From Octopus bimaculoides (taxonomy: Eukaryota): DNA of 64,000 nt. The notes under the pieces are model-generated. The model was not told the DNA's origin. It saw nothing but the letters and a program-made list of their open reading frames with translations, and made no database searches. The position numbers and the translations under genes are program-made. The DNA is taken from the NCBI RefSeq assembly GCF_001194135.2, contig NC_068984.1, forward strand, positions 104,374,343-104,438,342. Reading direction: 5' to 3'. How positions within the stretch are numbered: position 1 is the stretch's first letter; each line of letters begins with the position of its first letter. Of this stretch, positions 1 through 12,587 are shown one piece after another.

Positions 1-170
1 CATATATAACAAGCTTCTTTCATTTTCTGTCTACCAGATCCACTCACAAAATTTGGTCGACTCAAGGCTATAGTAGAAGACACTTGCTCAAGGTGCCACA
101 CAGTGGGACTGAACCCAAGACCATGTGGTTGGGAAGCAAGCTTCTTACCAAACAACTACACTTGCGCCTA
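1..170 (-). mobile_element. tRNA-derived SINE family A, 5' part
   Basis: Reverse complement of the family-A head seen at 974 and 10833. Confidence 0.85.
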
Positions 171-486
171 TATATATATATGTATGTATGTGTACACATA
201 TACACATATATACATACACAATGTTTTTTTTTATGGTAAAAAACTTAAATTGATACTCAGAGTTTCTAAGCAAGCAATTATGTGACATAACCAATAAGCA
301 GAGAGAAGTTTTGGAACAATACAGTGGTTTACAGATATTTAGAAATATTTGTAAGCCATTACATTGTTCCAAAAGTTAACTTTCGTTTAATGATCATTTA
401 CAAGAAAAAAAGAGTATAGTTTACCTTTGGTATATGAATGTATTTACTTTATTCACCTTGTTTTGCAGCTATGTGCTCACATATGC

Positions 487-523
<37 letters not shown>

Positions 524-837
524 TGGATGTATGTATGTATGCATGCATGTATGTATGTGTGTGTATATATATGTATATATATAAATCTAGTTAAATATAT
601 TCAATGAGAATATTATATACTGAATTTACATTGAGTGCTCTATTGTATCATATATTAATACTATTAAAGTATTTATGTATTTAATACGAGCGATTATATA
701 TACTATATAATATATTGTTAATAATATCAGGAAATCAATATCAGAAAATACTTCAGGAAGATATATACGTGTGTAGAATATATTTATATTTTTAATAAAA
801 AAAACCATTCGATAAATTATACAAAGTTCACATTTTA

Positions 838-926
838 TATCTCTGAGGAGCAGAAATGTCTATAAATGATTATCAATATAGGATTCCATTATAGGGACAA
901 CACTTCTGTGAAACGATTGTAAGATG
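838..926 (+). ncRNA. Type I hammerhead ribozyme motif, Penelope-like-element type
   Basis: CUGAGGA 843-849; stem II GCAGAA(850-855)/UUCUGU(904-909) with long extension; GAAA 910-913; stem III AC-GAUU-GU; cleavage triplet GUA (919-921); stem I UAUCU(838-842)/AGAUG(922-926). Confidence 0.7.
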
Positions 927-973
927 CTTTTAAAACTTAATTAAAAACTTTTAAACTGTCATATTTATTATGA

Positions 974-1134
974 CAGGAGTGGCTGTGTGGTAAGTAGCTT
1001 GCTTACCAACCACATGGTTCCGGGTTCAGTCCCACTGTGTGACACCTTGGGCAAGTGTCTTCTACTATAGCCTCGGGCCGACCAAAGCCTTGTGAGTGGA
1101 TTTGGTAGACGGAAACTGAAAGAAGCCCGTCGTA

Positions 1135-1205
<71 letters not shown>

Positions 1206-1416
1206 TTGTGTGTCTGTGTTTGTCCCCACCACCATCGCTTGACAACCGATGCTGGTGTGTTTACGTCCCCATAACTTAGCGGTCCGGCAAAAAGAGACCG
1301 ATAGAATAAGTACTAGGCTTACAAAGAATAAATCCTGGAGTCGATTTTCTCGACTAAAGGCGGTGCTCCAGCATGGCTGCAGTCAAATGACTGAAACAAG
1401 TAAAAGAGTAAAAGAG
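974..1416 (+). mobile_element. tRNA-derived SINE family A, full length, internal (TA)n
   Basis: A-box-like TGGCTGTGTGG, B-box-like GGTTCAGTCCC, body ...ggatttggtagacggaaactgaaagaagcccgtcg, tail (GTAAAAGA)n; more than 10 copies in the window. Confidence 0.9.
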
Positions 1417-2122
1417 AATATATTTATATTTATACATATTTACATATATTTATATATATGTTTATATTTTTAATACAACAATTATTCTACACACGTATAT
1501 ATCTTCCTGAAGAATTTTCTGATAATGATTTCCTGATATTATTAACAATATATTATATAGTATATATATATATATATATATAGCATACTGTTGTATTGAC
1601 TACTCTTTTCTACCATATATATGTAAGGTGGAAGTGGGGTCAGGGGGCGAATAGCATTCAATTAACCAATTCTGATCAGTACACTACAGAATACTTAAGT
1701 GTGAAAGAAATGGGTATGGAAGGACAAAGGGGTAAGTATTAAGGATTACACTAGAATACTTAACAGGAAGAAAAGAAAAAGGAAAGGAGAAGAAAATGAA
1801 AAAGGCTATCCATTGAAATTGGCTGACTTGTCAGAGGTCATTGCAATAAGAAAGTGGAGTGGTGGTTTCTGTAATGGGTAAGATGCTTGACAGATTGGAA
1901 CATAATTACATAAGTAGATACCTGTCTAAAAAAACTGACAGAAAAGCATTTTAGTATATAGTACTCATTAATGTAAAGTATAGCAGATATATTTGTTTGT
2001 TCTTCTTGTAAGGGCCATTATCTGACTGAACAAATACACACACACACACATCTATATGGTTGAAGTCAAACTGTCCAAGTACAACAGCTTCCTGCACATT
2101 GACCATCCATCTTAGTATAAGT

Positions 2123-2404
2123 TTACTTGTCACTGGTCACTTCTGTGATCTCATAGTCTAGACAATCATTGACTTCCAACTCATACTGCAAATCGGACAT
2201 TTCATCTTTTCTAATGGATCTTAGTCTATTTGGGTGGCATGCTTTGAGATGGCATTTTAACTCAACCTTAGAACAGCATACTTGGCTACATAAGCCACAT
2301 GGAAGGTCAGACGAGGTGTTATATTGCTTTTTGGCATCATGAGTAACATGACCCTGTTCCTGGCTTAGCAATGCAAATTTTGAAAGGCGTACACAATCAT
2401 AGAC
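2123..2404 (-). CDS. Probable terminal coding exon with zinc finger (C-x2-C-x12-H-x3-C, or H-x4-H)
   Basis: Acceptor cccttataataccag|GTC at 2405/2404 is phase 0, matching the 2594 donor (189-nt intron). Reads VYDCVRLSKFALLSQEQGHVTHDAKKQYNTSSDLPCGLCSQVCCSKVELKCHLKACHPNRL...VTSDK*. Polypyrimidine tract only moderate. Confidence 0.6.
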   Translation of the reverse strand, partial: VYDCVRLSKFALLSQEQGHVTHDAKKQYNTSSDLPCGLCSQVCCSKVELKCHLKACHPNRLRSIRKDEMSDLQYELEVNDCLDYEITEVTSDK

Positions 2405-2593
2405 CTGGTATTATAAGGGACTGTCTAGAGCCTTGTTCTAGGAGTGTTACTTCAGCCTTCCTATGTTCCCAGTATGTTTCAATTGCACAAGCTAAGCACT
2501 TGAAGTAATTTATTCACTTAGGTATTTAAATAATTATGGGTATGTATGTACGGTGAACATTTTTGTTTTTAATAATATCAAATTGTTACTTAC

Positions 2594-3670
2594 TATTAAC
2601 TGTTGCTGAAGTTGTGATATAAGAACCTTCAGTAATTCGGTCTGATTCGCTTTCTGTGTATGAATCTGTTCCTTCTCTGAGCTATTGTTAGGAAGTGTCT
2701 GTTGAATGTTGTTATCATCTTTAGTTTGAATAGACCTTTCATTTGGCTGGTAGGGGTATGATTGAAGTTGTTCTTGTTGATTAGAGTGTAGTTGAATGCT
2801 GCTGTCATTAATATTGTTGCTATCAAGGCCACTGATATCTTTAGTAGCCACATTTTGTTTTTCAAGCAACAATGATGTATAATTTTTCTCTAACAAGCTA
2901 TAGTCTTCAGTTGCTGTATTTAATTTTTGTTTTAGCTTACTGTTTTCATTGAATGATATTTCAAGGTCTTCAATAACAATCTCTTTCTCCAGGAATAATT
3001 TTTTGTTTTCATCCCTCAGTGTCTGCAAATGATCCAATATTATACTTTGGTCTTGTAGAACTTCTGAGCAGCTGTTCAGTTGAATACTTCTTCTTAACCC
3101 ATCTTCTCCTGTGACATCCTCCAGTAATTCTGGTTTCTTCTGTTGACTTGTTCTTAAATCAGTGTCTGAATGCTTGTTTATTATATTTTGCTTGCCTTGC
3201 TCCCAGTTCTCAAAATTAGGATTAATAGTTTCAGGGATTTCTTGAATAACATTCTTTGTTTCCAAGGCAGCTATTTCATTTTGGGTAACCCATTTGGTGT
3301 TAGTTACCTTTTCAAAGATTTCTTGCATTTTATCCCGTTCTTCAAGGAGTTTCTCATAATCCTCTTGCAGTATGTCCCCAGCATGGACTAAGTCTTGGTG
3401 TTCTTTTTGCAGATGCAGGTAATCTTGTTTGAGTTGTTCAAGTTCCAGTGTTAGTAAGTCATTTTGTTGCTGTATTGGAGATAGCTGACTGTCTTGCCCA
3501 CTGTCAATACTCCCATCAGAGTCTTTCCTCATAAATCGATTATAAACTTTACTTAATTGAAAAGATAACTGTTCAATTTGAAAGTGCAAGCATTCATTTT
3601 TGGCTAGTAGATCATTAATTTTATCATCTGTAACGAAATCAGCTCGGGTTTCTGAATCTTGGCACTGATT
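2594..3670 (-). CDS. Large internal coding exon (1077 nt, phase 0-0) of a coiled-coil protein
   Basis: Lies inside the 387-aa ORF 2534..3697. Acceptor ttttctttttgttttcctttcag|AAT at 3671/3670 and donor TTAATA|gtaagt at 2594/2593; length divisible by 3. Heptad-like Q/E/L/K-rich sequence (e.g. LLTLELEQLKQDYLHLQKEHQDL, LQTLRDENKKLFLEKEIVIEDLE). Confidence 0.9.
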
Positions 3671-4741
3671 CTGAAAGGAAAACAAAAAGAAAAACAACAG
3701 TTAAATAATTAAATTTTCTCACCATTACTAATTATCATATTTTTAGTTTTGGAAAAGAAGGTTACCAAAAAGCTGCTGTTCTATCAATTAAGCACAGAGG
3801 AATAAGTGTTTTTTAGAGCAATCATCTTACAAATGGAAAGATTAGACAGTAAAACATTTCATATTTATTTTAATATTTATGAAATAATTCTTTATCATTA
3901 TGAAGTCTTTGATCAAAAAGATAATAATTTTTGTTAAAGAGCTTAAAACAACAAAAGAGAAAACTAAGAAAACAATATTGTTGAGTTGTAGTATGTCTTG
4001 GTTGGTCCCTCTCATTATATGATATTTTCACTGATATAATCCCTGACTGTCTTCAGGCACCATGATTTTGCAACAATTCTTATATTCCAAGCTGCTATAA
4101 TTTGACTCCAAATCTTTTAGAGAAGATTGATCATTCTTTAATTGTTTCTGCATACTCATTAATTAATCAATTTCAACAAATGAAATATAATTTCATTAAG
4201 CATTGTTATTTAGTCTTAGATCAGTACTAGCTAAACAGATGTACTTTCAAAGGTGTTCCAGTTGTGAAATTGTTACTTTTTCTTCTGACATAATATTTTG
4301 AACAACATTATCTTATGTGTCCTTTCTTTTAGAATAAGGTTGGGTGTGACTTGAATGAGATTTATTGGTTATTTCCAATGTACAGTGACAAACACGGAGT
4401 ATCTTTCATTGATGTGGGAAGATTTGTCAGTAACTCAAACATCTGAGGCAGGAAGAGAACATTTGCCCAAGGTTGAGATTGGTGAGGGCTTTAAGATGCT
4501 TAGCTCCTTTTTGCATGATTGTCCATATTTGTAATAAACAGATAATTCAAATTTATTTTTACTTATAGGATATAAAATATTTATTCATATTTTATACTAT
4601 ATATATAGGCCTAGGCTTAGCTGATTCCCAACTATGTGGTTTGAGTTCAATCCTGCTGTGGGCATACATCTTCTACTGCAGCCCTCAGCCAACCAAAACC
4701 TGAGGAGTGGATTTAGCTGACAGAAGCTGAAAGAACCTTGT

Positions 4742-4831
<90 letters not shown>

Positions 4832-5129
4832 GGTAGATACATGAAAGAGTGATGGAAAATAAACAAACTTTAAATCAGTTCAAATATGTTTGAATTTAAC
4901 TAATTCTGGATTGCCTTGAAAATGTTGTGTTAACATGTATTTTTGGAAATATTAGCTTGTTCAGAAAATACTGCCTGATTTTTCGAAAACATTTTTCAAA
5001 TTCGATTTAAGATGTTATTTTTGTAGTGTTTTAGATGAAATTTTACATGCTTAATAATTGATGTGTACTCTTAATAAATTTTTATTGATTTCTCTCAGAA
5101 TATAATTTTGAAGTGTAGAAATCCTTAAT

Positions 5130-5915
5130 TTCAAACATGAAAAGAGAAGAAATGCATTTACTTTTTTTTTTTGCCTGAATTGAAGCTTGGACATAATGCT
5201 TTCCAAATGACCACCAATATCAACAGAGTATGGGGTAAAGGGTCCACCAGTGATCAAGCAGTATGATGGTGGTTTGAGAGATTCTGTAGCAGGAATGAGA
5301 GAGAGCCTCGAAAATAAAGAAAGCAGAGGATGTCCATCCACCCTTGATGATCAACAATACTCGAACAAATCCCATGACCAAGTGTCAGAAAAATGTCTCA
5401 TATGCTTGGCATCAGTATTTTAACAGTATTAGATCACCTGAAGGAAATCAGCAAAGTGAAAAATCTTGATAAATGGGTTCTGCATGATCTCAATGAAAAT
5501 CAAAGGCTTCAGCATTTTGAAGTGTGTTTGATGATCTCTCTGCAAAACTTTTAATGACCCATTTCTTGATTGAATAGTGACTTGCAATGAAAAATGGACC
5601 CTTTATGACAATCATAAACAATTGGGTCAATGGCTTGATCGTGATGAAGCACCCAAGCATTTCCTGAAACTGAAGTTGTATCAGCAGAAGATTATGGTTA
5701 CTGTCTGGTGGTCTGTTATTGGTGTTATCCATTACAGCTTTCTGGAACCTAACCAGAGCATTACATTGGAAGTTTACTGTAAGCAACTGGAAGAAATGCA
5801 TGTTCACTTGAGCAAAATGAGACCTGCACTTGTTAATCGATGTGGTCCAATTCTGCTCTATGACAATGCTCAATTGCATGTTTCTAGGATGACACTGCAG
5901 AAGCTCACAAAAGAA
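5130..5915 (+). pseudogene. Truncated mariner transposase relic
   Basis: SLENKESRGCPSTLDD, TCNEKWTLYDN, KIMVTVWWS, LLYDNAQLH (ORF 5577..5957); no TIR found. Confidence 0.85.
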
Positions 5916-6184
5916 GTTCAAAATGAGAGAAATCAAAAGGTGGAAACTTTCAGATGATGAATGATGAATTTATATGTATAAATATATATTTAATATATTT
6001 AATGTATTTGATGTGTCTAATTCACTTATGTCCATAATTGCTTCTATACTTGCTCAACCTGATCCATATTATAGCCTTTCTTTACCTTGTAGAATGATCC
6101 CCTGTAAAGACATCGGAGTCAAATTTTGAATCTTTTGAGCACTACTAAGTGTCTTCTATAGAGAATATCTGGATCTCAGCTGTT

Positions 6185-6227
<43 letters not shown>

Positions 6228-6244
6228 CACACACACACACATAC

Positions 6245-6575
6245 ATGCCTGGCACTTTGCTGTACTCAAGAAGACCTGTACTCCTCAGCAGAAGTGTTAA
6301 GGCCAGTCCCCCTGGTGAAGAGGATTGGCCAGTAAGAGTCCTGAGCCAGCGCCACATAAAAAGCACTTGTGCTGGTACCATGTAAAAGCACTCACGTGGT
6401 GCCACATAAAGGCACCCAGACACTCTGTAAAGTGGTTGGTGTTAAGAAGGGCATCCAACCGTAGAAACTATGCCAAATCAGACCGGAACCTGGTGCAGCT
6501 CTCCAGCTTGCCAGCTCAGATCAAACCATCCAGCCCATGCCAATATGGACAGTGGACATTAAATGATGATAATGA
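6245..6575 (+). mobile_element. RTE-type 3' UTR fragment (similar pieces at 20352-21425, 25555-25820, 46640-47095)
   Basis: cactctgtaaagtggttgg...aagggcatcca...gtagaaac...cccatgcca..atgga...cattaaatgatgat end. Confidence 0.7.
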
Positions 6576-6606
6576 TATATACACATATATATATACACAC
6601 ACACAC

Positions 6607-7390
6607 AGTGTTCAGGCTAAATTTGACAGCTTGCATAAAAGGAGAAGAAAACACCATATCCCATCCAAAAATAAAAACATTTTATAAAAATCAAGATATC
6701 AACTAAATTATGGCTGGGAGATAACAGTTTACTCAAAGTAGCCACCCTCAGCTCCCAACACAGCCTCAAGAAGGCTATGGACCTGGTGCATGCATTCCTC
6801 ACTGTGTCCCTGGGAAGATCTTCACACACCTCTTTGATCTTGGCAACCAGTTCAGCCTTGGTGGTGCAGGTGGAGTGGTTGACATCTTTATCAATGGTGA
6901 CCTACACATAGTAATTTCATGAATTACAATTGGGAGTATTATAGGAAGCTTGAAATTGAGGCTGATGAAGTCATAGAAATTCTCTGACAGCCACTTCTGA
7001 CTGTTTCTGGAGGTACGGCAAGGAGCCAAACCCTGCTGTCACACATCTGGCCTTCAAGCAGCAATCCTTTGCAGCCAGAGATTGACCACAGTCTCCAGCA
7101 GCTTCACATAGCTATCTGAATTGAGCCTAAGGCCTGTTCAAAGATGTGCGGATGAATTCCAGTGGGCAGATACAGTCAGAATACTTGCTCTGTTCCTTCC
7201 TGCTAGTCATAGCTTTGTAGTCTCTGTTGTAACTGTCCATGTCACGTTTTATAGCTTTTGCAGTATTTACAGAGCATTGAGCAGCAATCATGATGTTGGC
7301 ATTTGATACCTGGCATGAATCATCATGATACAGATAACTATTTTCCAATGTTCAGATGGTTTCCAGCTTTCTGGGTCAGCTTAACTTTTT
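6607..7390 (-). mobile_element. Diverged DD37D-type transposase relic
   Basis: QQGLAPCRTSRNSQKWLSENFYDF... and AELVAKIKEVCEDLPRDTVRNAC, homologous to the 8966 copy; boundaries approximate. Confidence 0.7.
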
Positions 7391-8090
7391 CTCAACTACA
7401 ACTTAAATCTCTATGCTCTCGACTATTCACTAATACATCAAGCTGTTTCTGAGAAAAGAAGACATAGAATATCACCAAATTTAGTCCCAATACTGCTACC
7501 CTCAACACATATGTGTATGTATGTGTGTAACTCTGTGTACGTCTGTGTGAGTGAACTCGTATTTCCGTCTTCTTCAAATGTGTTCACTTGCTAGTTGTAA
7601 ACAGTGGTTTTGCTAATGGTATTATTTGCTTGCAGTCTACCACAAAAGTATGTCTAGGTTTTTTGACATTTCTTGACATTTCAGGACATTGTGTGATCTT
7701 CATAAACAAATGGCTCATTCATACAGTGTTGCTTATTTCCATGTTGTTTGTTGTTTAGTAGACTGGGAGATTATTACCTCACTTTACAACAAGTGGAAAT
7801 TAGAGACAAGAAGGGCATCCAGAAGTAGAAAACAGTCCCAATATACTTTTGTCTGATGTGCGCAAGCATGGAAAAGTATACATTAAAACAATGATGATGA
7901 TGATTGATGTATCTGCCAGTCTATCTAGTTATCTATCTCTGCATATCTTATATACATAGATCAACACCAGATTGGTAGATGAATAATTTCTTTTAAGAGT
8001 AGACCATTATTGATGTGATATCCTTGGTTTAATGCAAATATATTCTATATTGCTAATTATTGAATCAGGCTGCTTGCTTGTCTGCTTGCC

Positions 8091-8124
<34 letters not shown>

Positions 8125-8745
8125 TGAAAGAGATAGAGAGACTGAGACAAAGTTTTACTTGTCAATGTTATTGGAGAAGTGCTAAATTTTCATCCAACTG
8201 AATCTGCAGCTAGGACTGAATTCTCACTCAGAATAATTTAATTTTCATTGCTTATGTAATTTTGCATACTTATACACACACACACACGTTATGTATACCT
8301 ATGTACATATATATATAGAGGTAGTTTTTGCTAATAAAGATGATGAAGAGGGCCGGCTGCATTTGTGGCATAATTGGGCATTTAAGCTCATGTAATTGAT
8401 ATTTTAGCTGATCCTCAGAAACATGTATGTATTATATAAAGCATAAATACCAATTACATTTTCTGTGTTCCTTTATACACACACATAAACACATGCACGC
8501 ATACATGCATGCATACACACACACTCACATTTATACATAAACACATGCTTTTTATATTTTTTGTATTTCCGTTTACATACTTTATAACAATGTAGACCAG
8601 CCCATTATATTTGTATAACTGCATTATCACATACCTTCTTTAATCATTGCATTATCTTTTTTATTTATCTTTTATATAACCTCATGTGTGTATGTACATA
8701 CATACATACATATATATATATACACACATACATATCTCTCTCTCT

Positions 8746-8795
<50 letters not shown>

Positions 8796-8965
8796 NNNNN
8801 NNNNNNNNNNNNNNNNNNNNNNNNNNNNNNNNNNNNNNNNNNNNNNNNNNNNNNNNNNNNNNNNNNNNNNNNNNNNNNNNNNNNNNNNNNNNNNNNNNNN
8901 NACATACATACATACATATCCATCTATCTATCTATCGAAATAAAATATATATCCATACATACACA

Positions 8966-9771
8966 CAGGGTGCGGTGAATATATTGTCGTCTAATTTACG
9001 CAGAAATGAAAATAACACTGACATCTCATTTTAACAGATATATTTACCAAAATTAAATAAAAATATCTTGAAATACTAAAGAGCAAATATATTCAATAAA
9101 ATCGCCATTGGCTTCAACCATATAAATTCAGAATCTTCTGCAACTCTTCAGGATGATTTCCTTGTTTAAGTTGGTGAACATTGCCATAATCCTTGCCTTG
9201 GTGTTACAAGGAGTTTTGTTGGTCTCTCACTCAACTGCACCCCACACATAATAATCAAGGGGTTTGCAGTGTGGGGAATTAGGTGACAAGATTTTAGGGG
9301 TGGTGTGGTCGCAGAAATTGTCTGACAGCCATGACTGAGTTCTCCTGCTTGTGTGGCATGGTGCAGAGTCCTGTTGCCAGACATAGGGTCTTCCAGCAGC
9401 CATCCTCTTCACCCAGGGCAGTACTACCACCTCCAGGCACTTGATGCAAGCTTCCATGTTGAGTCTGAGGTGGTGTGGGAAGTTGAATGGAAGCATAATT
9501 AGTGATCACTCCAAACACCATGATGTTGACTGGATGTTTGATTTTTATCACTCTCAGTACCATCTATTAGTATTGGAGATTCCAGCACGAATGCCAAGCA
9601 GTACAGCATGTTGTTTCCAAATTTCTGGCAGAGTGAATTGCATCATGTTTTTCTCACGAGTAGTGCCCAACTGACCCTACTGTACTGTGTAGTCAGCAAA
9701 ATCAAAAACAAACAATGCACATGCGTGAAATTAAAAATATAAAATGGTGACAATTTACCTATTTCACCCTG
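8966..9771 (-). mobile_element. Internally deleted Tc1/mariner DD37D (maT-type) element
   Basis: TIR cagggtg... / ...caccctg followed by TA. ORF 9227..9496 QQDSAPCH...PLDYYVWG has 37 residues between the two Asp. Confidence 0.85.
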
Positions 9772-10832
9772 TATATACATACATACATACATACACATAT
9801 ATATATATATTTATATATACATACATATATAAAAAAATATATATCCATATATCTATGTATCTACTATCTATATCTATATATATATATAATACATATTCAT
9901 ATATATATATATTTACTGTACACATTCTTTCATTATTGCTGATTTTTTTCATATTTCTATTCTTTTTCCATATATTTTATTCATCTAACTTCATATATTT
10001 GTTTGTGTCCTCCTACTTTCATAATACTACTTGGTTTGTTTTCTCTCCATCTCTCTCTCTCTCTTTCTCTTATTCCCTTCCTACCACTCACTTAATGCTT
10101 GTATATGCTTTCAAATATCTTCATATATAATTTTAGTATCCTTTAATAAACTTTTTATATATTTTCATATATTTTTTATGGTTTCTATTTTTGGTTTTAT
10201 ATACTCCTCTCATCCATTTATACTCCTTTTGATGTCCTTCTCTTATATATTCCTTTTCTCATGCCTCTTCATACATCCTTCAAATAATTTCCTCCCTCAA
10301 CATTGCCTCATCTATTTCATTCCCTCACACAAAACCCCTTTCTTATAATTATACTGACCTTTCCAATCATAATACACCCTATGTTGTCCTTTAACTAGAA
10401 CAACCTATTTAAACAATAGTAATATCAGACTAATAACCCAGTTTCCACTTCTACTCAATAGCTTTCCCCTACACCCAATCCCTTCATTTTCACTGTTAAA
10501 ATATTACCAGGCAACTTTAGTTCTCATAAACTTATATAATTGATCACTGCTGCCATCTATGAACATGAGCCACTGCTGCAGGAAGATTTACTTTCCTGAT
10601 ATCTACTCTCTAATATTGAATTCATATAATTCTAGTCTCAAAACCATAGTGTTCTCTTATTATTGTTTCCATTCTTTAAAATTTTATAATAATTTTATAA
10701 TAATATATTTGCCAACAGAAAGAGTAAGTTGTTTACTTGTTTCCTGAGATATTTAAACCAGATCATCCCATAAATAAGTTTATAGTGATTATTTGAGTTT
10801 ATTTTAGCTTTTAATTATACTAGTTTATTCTA

Positions 10833-11235
10833 TAGGCGCAGGAGTGGCTGTGTGTTAAGTAGCTTGCTTACCAACCACATGCTTCTGGGTTCAGTCCCAC
10901 TGTGTGGCACCTTAGGCAAGTGTCTTCTACTATAGCCTCAGGCCGACCAAAGCCTTGTGAGTGGATTTGGTAGATAGAAACTGAAAGAAGCCTGTCGTAT
11001 ATATGTATATATATATATGTATGTGTGTGTATATGTTTGTGTCTGTGTTTGTCCCCCCAACATCGCTTGACAACTGATGCTGGTGTGTTTACGTCCCCGT
11101 AACTTAGTGGTTCGGCAAAAGAGACCGATAGAATAAGCACTAGGCTTACAAAGAATAAGTCCTGGGGTCAATTTACTCGACTAAAAGGCGGTGCTCCAGC
11201 ATGGCCGCAGTCAAATGACTGAAACAAGTAAAGAG
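10833..11235 (+). mobile_element. SINE family A, full length with 12-bp TSD
   Basis: TAGTTTATTCTA at 10821-10832 and 11236-11247. Confidence 0.92.
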
Positions 11236-11766
11236 TAGTTTATTCTAAGTGTATGCATGCCTCCAGCATCCATGCTCAACACTTGCCTCAAATCTTTAGC
11301 TTTCTTTTACATATATTAATCCTTACTTTTGTCATTATTGTTGCTGTCATCATCAATGAGTTGCTGCCATTGCTACTGTCACAGTTGCTATCGTCATCAT
11401 CATCATCATCATATATATAATAAAATATGATAATGAAATTATTGTATACATCATCATCATCGTTTTAATGTCATTTTTCCATGCTTGCATGGGTCAGATA
11501 GAATCCATTTCTGTGGTGACAAGATACCATTCATGTTACCTACCCTCATGTGTTTCCAAGCAAAGCAATATTTGCTCATGACCAGACATGTTTTACACAG
11601 AAGGCTGGAAATGAATAACATTGCTTGCATGATGGCTCACATAGAACCATCACATGATGTCAAAACAAAGGGATACACACATGTGTGTATGTGCAGTGGG
11701 ACTAAATCTGAAACCATGTGGTTGAGAATTTTTATACATCACTATCTCAATACAAATGTAGTTTAA

Positions 11767-11986
11767 CCCTTTCATTACCAATGCAGCTGAAACCAGCTCT
11801 GGCTCTGAGTACAAATGTCTTGGATTCATAAGTTTTGAATTAAGATCTTCCACCAAACCTTAGTCACAATTTATGTGCCTAACACTAGCTGAATGATAAC
11901 TTAGTTATTTTACTAAATTCTTTGTTATATTTAAAGTAATTGAAAGAAACACAGAGCATCTCAGAATAAATACAGTAACGAAAGGG
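11767..11986. mobile_element. piggyBac-type MITE, 220 bp
   Basis: TTAA-ccctttcattac ... gtaacgaaaggg-TTTA (12-bp TIR with 1 mismatch; right TSD mutated). Confidence 0.7.
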
Positions 11987-12587
11987 TTTATTCATCCCAC
12001 CGCTTCCAATCAACACAGGAATCTCCCACCTACTAAAGGCCTTCTTCCTGGTTCAGAAGCACCATAGATTCAGTGGAAGACACTCGACCATCTGAAAATG
12101 AGAATGGGAAGATCAAAAGTTGTTTTGGTTAGATGGGGCTGCAAAACTGGTCCAACTACAGAACACTGTCTTGTCTGCCCTCTACTACCCAACTCCTGCA
12201 GCTCAAAAGACCTAGCAGAATTCAGTAAAAATGCAAAAACTGTATAAAGAAATAGGAAACTTTATTTAATCATTATGCTTCTAAGAATCAAAAGAAGAAT
12301 TTTTATGATATTAATTTCTAAATCACTAGAATTTAGAAATTATTCCATTAGCTGTTATAACTATGTATTACAGCTGACTTTTGTCATAATTTTCATATCA
12401 GTCTTAACTCTCTTTGTTTTCTTTTATTTCCCACCATTAGGTCATTTCTGGGCTGTTTCTCACTTCTAATAATATATACATAAATATACATTTTTAATCA
12501 GTTCTTTATACTATTAGAAAGAGAATGAAACAAACATGTTTGTCACTATATAAATAATACTTTTATAATGCTTCACTAGATTTATCA

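Larger units (their letters stand above)
588..1568. mobile_element. Penelope-like element terminal-repeat relic with inverted arms, interrupted by a SINE
   Basis: 86-bp inverted repeat 695-780/1483-1568 (2 mismatches) enclosing the hammerhead motif. The PLE assignment is inferred from the ribozyme type; no RT sequence is seen. Confidence 0.45.

Noticed and set aside
974-1050. tRNA-like A/B boxes at SINE heads
   Set aside because: No cloverleaf or acceptor stem; they continue into SINE bodies, so they are not tRNA genes.
6086-6160. Exon-like island with an AAG|gtaaag donor
   Set aside because: No open frame ends in phase 0 as required by the 3670 acceptor.
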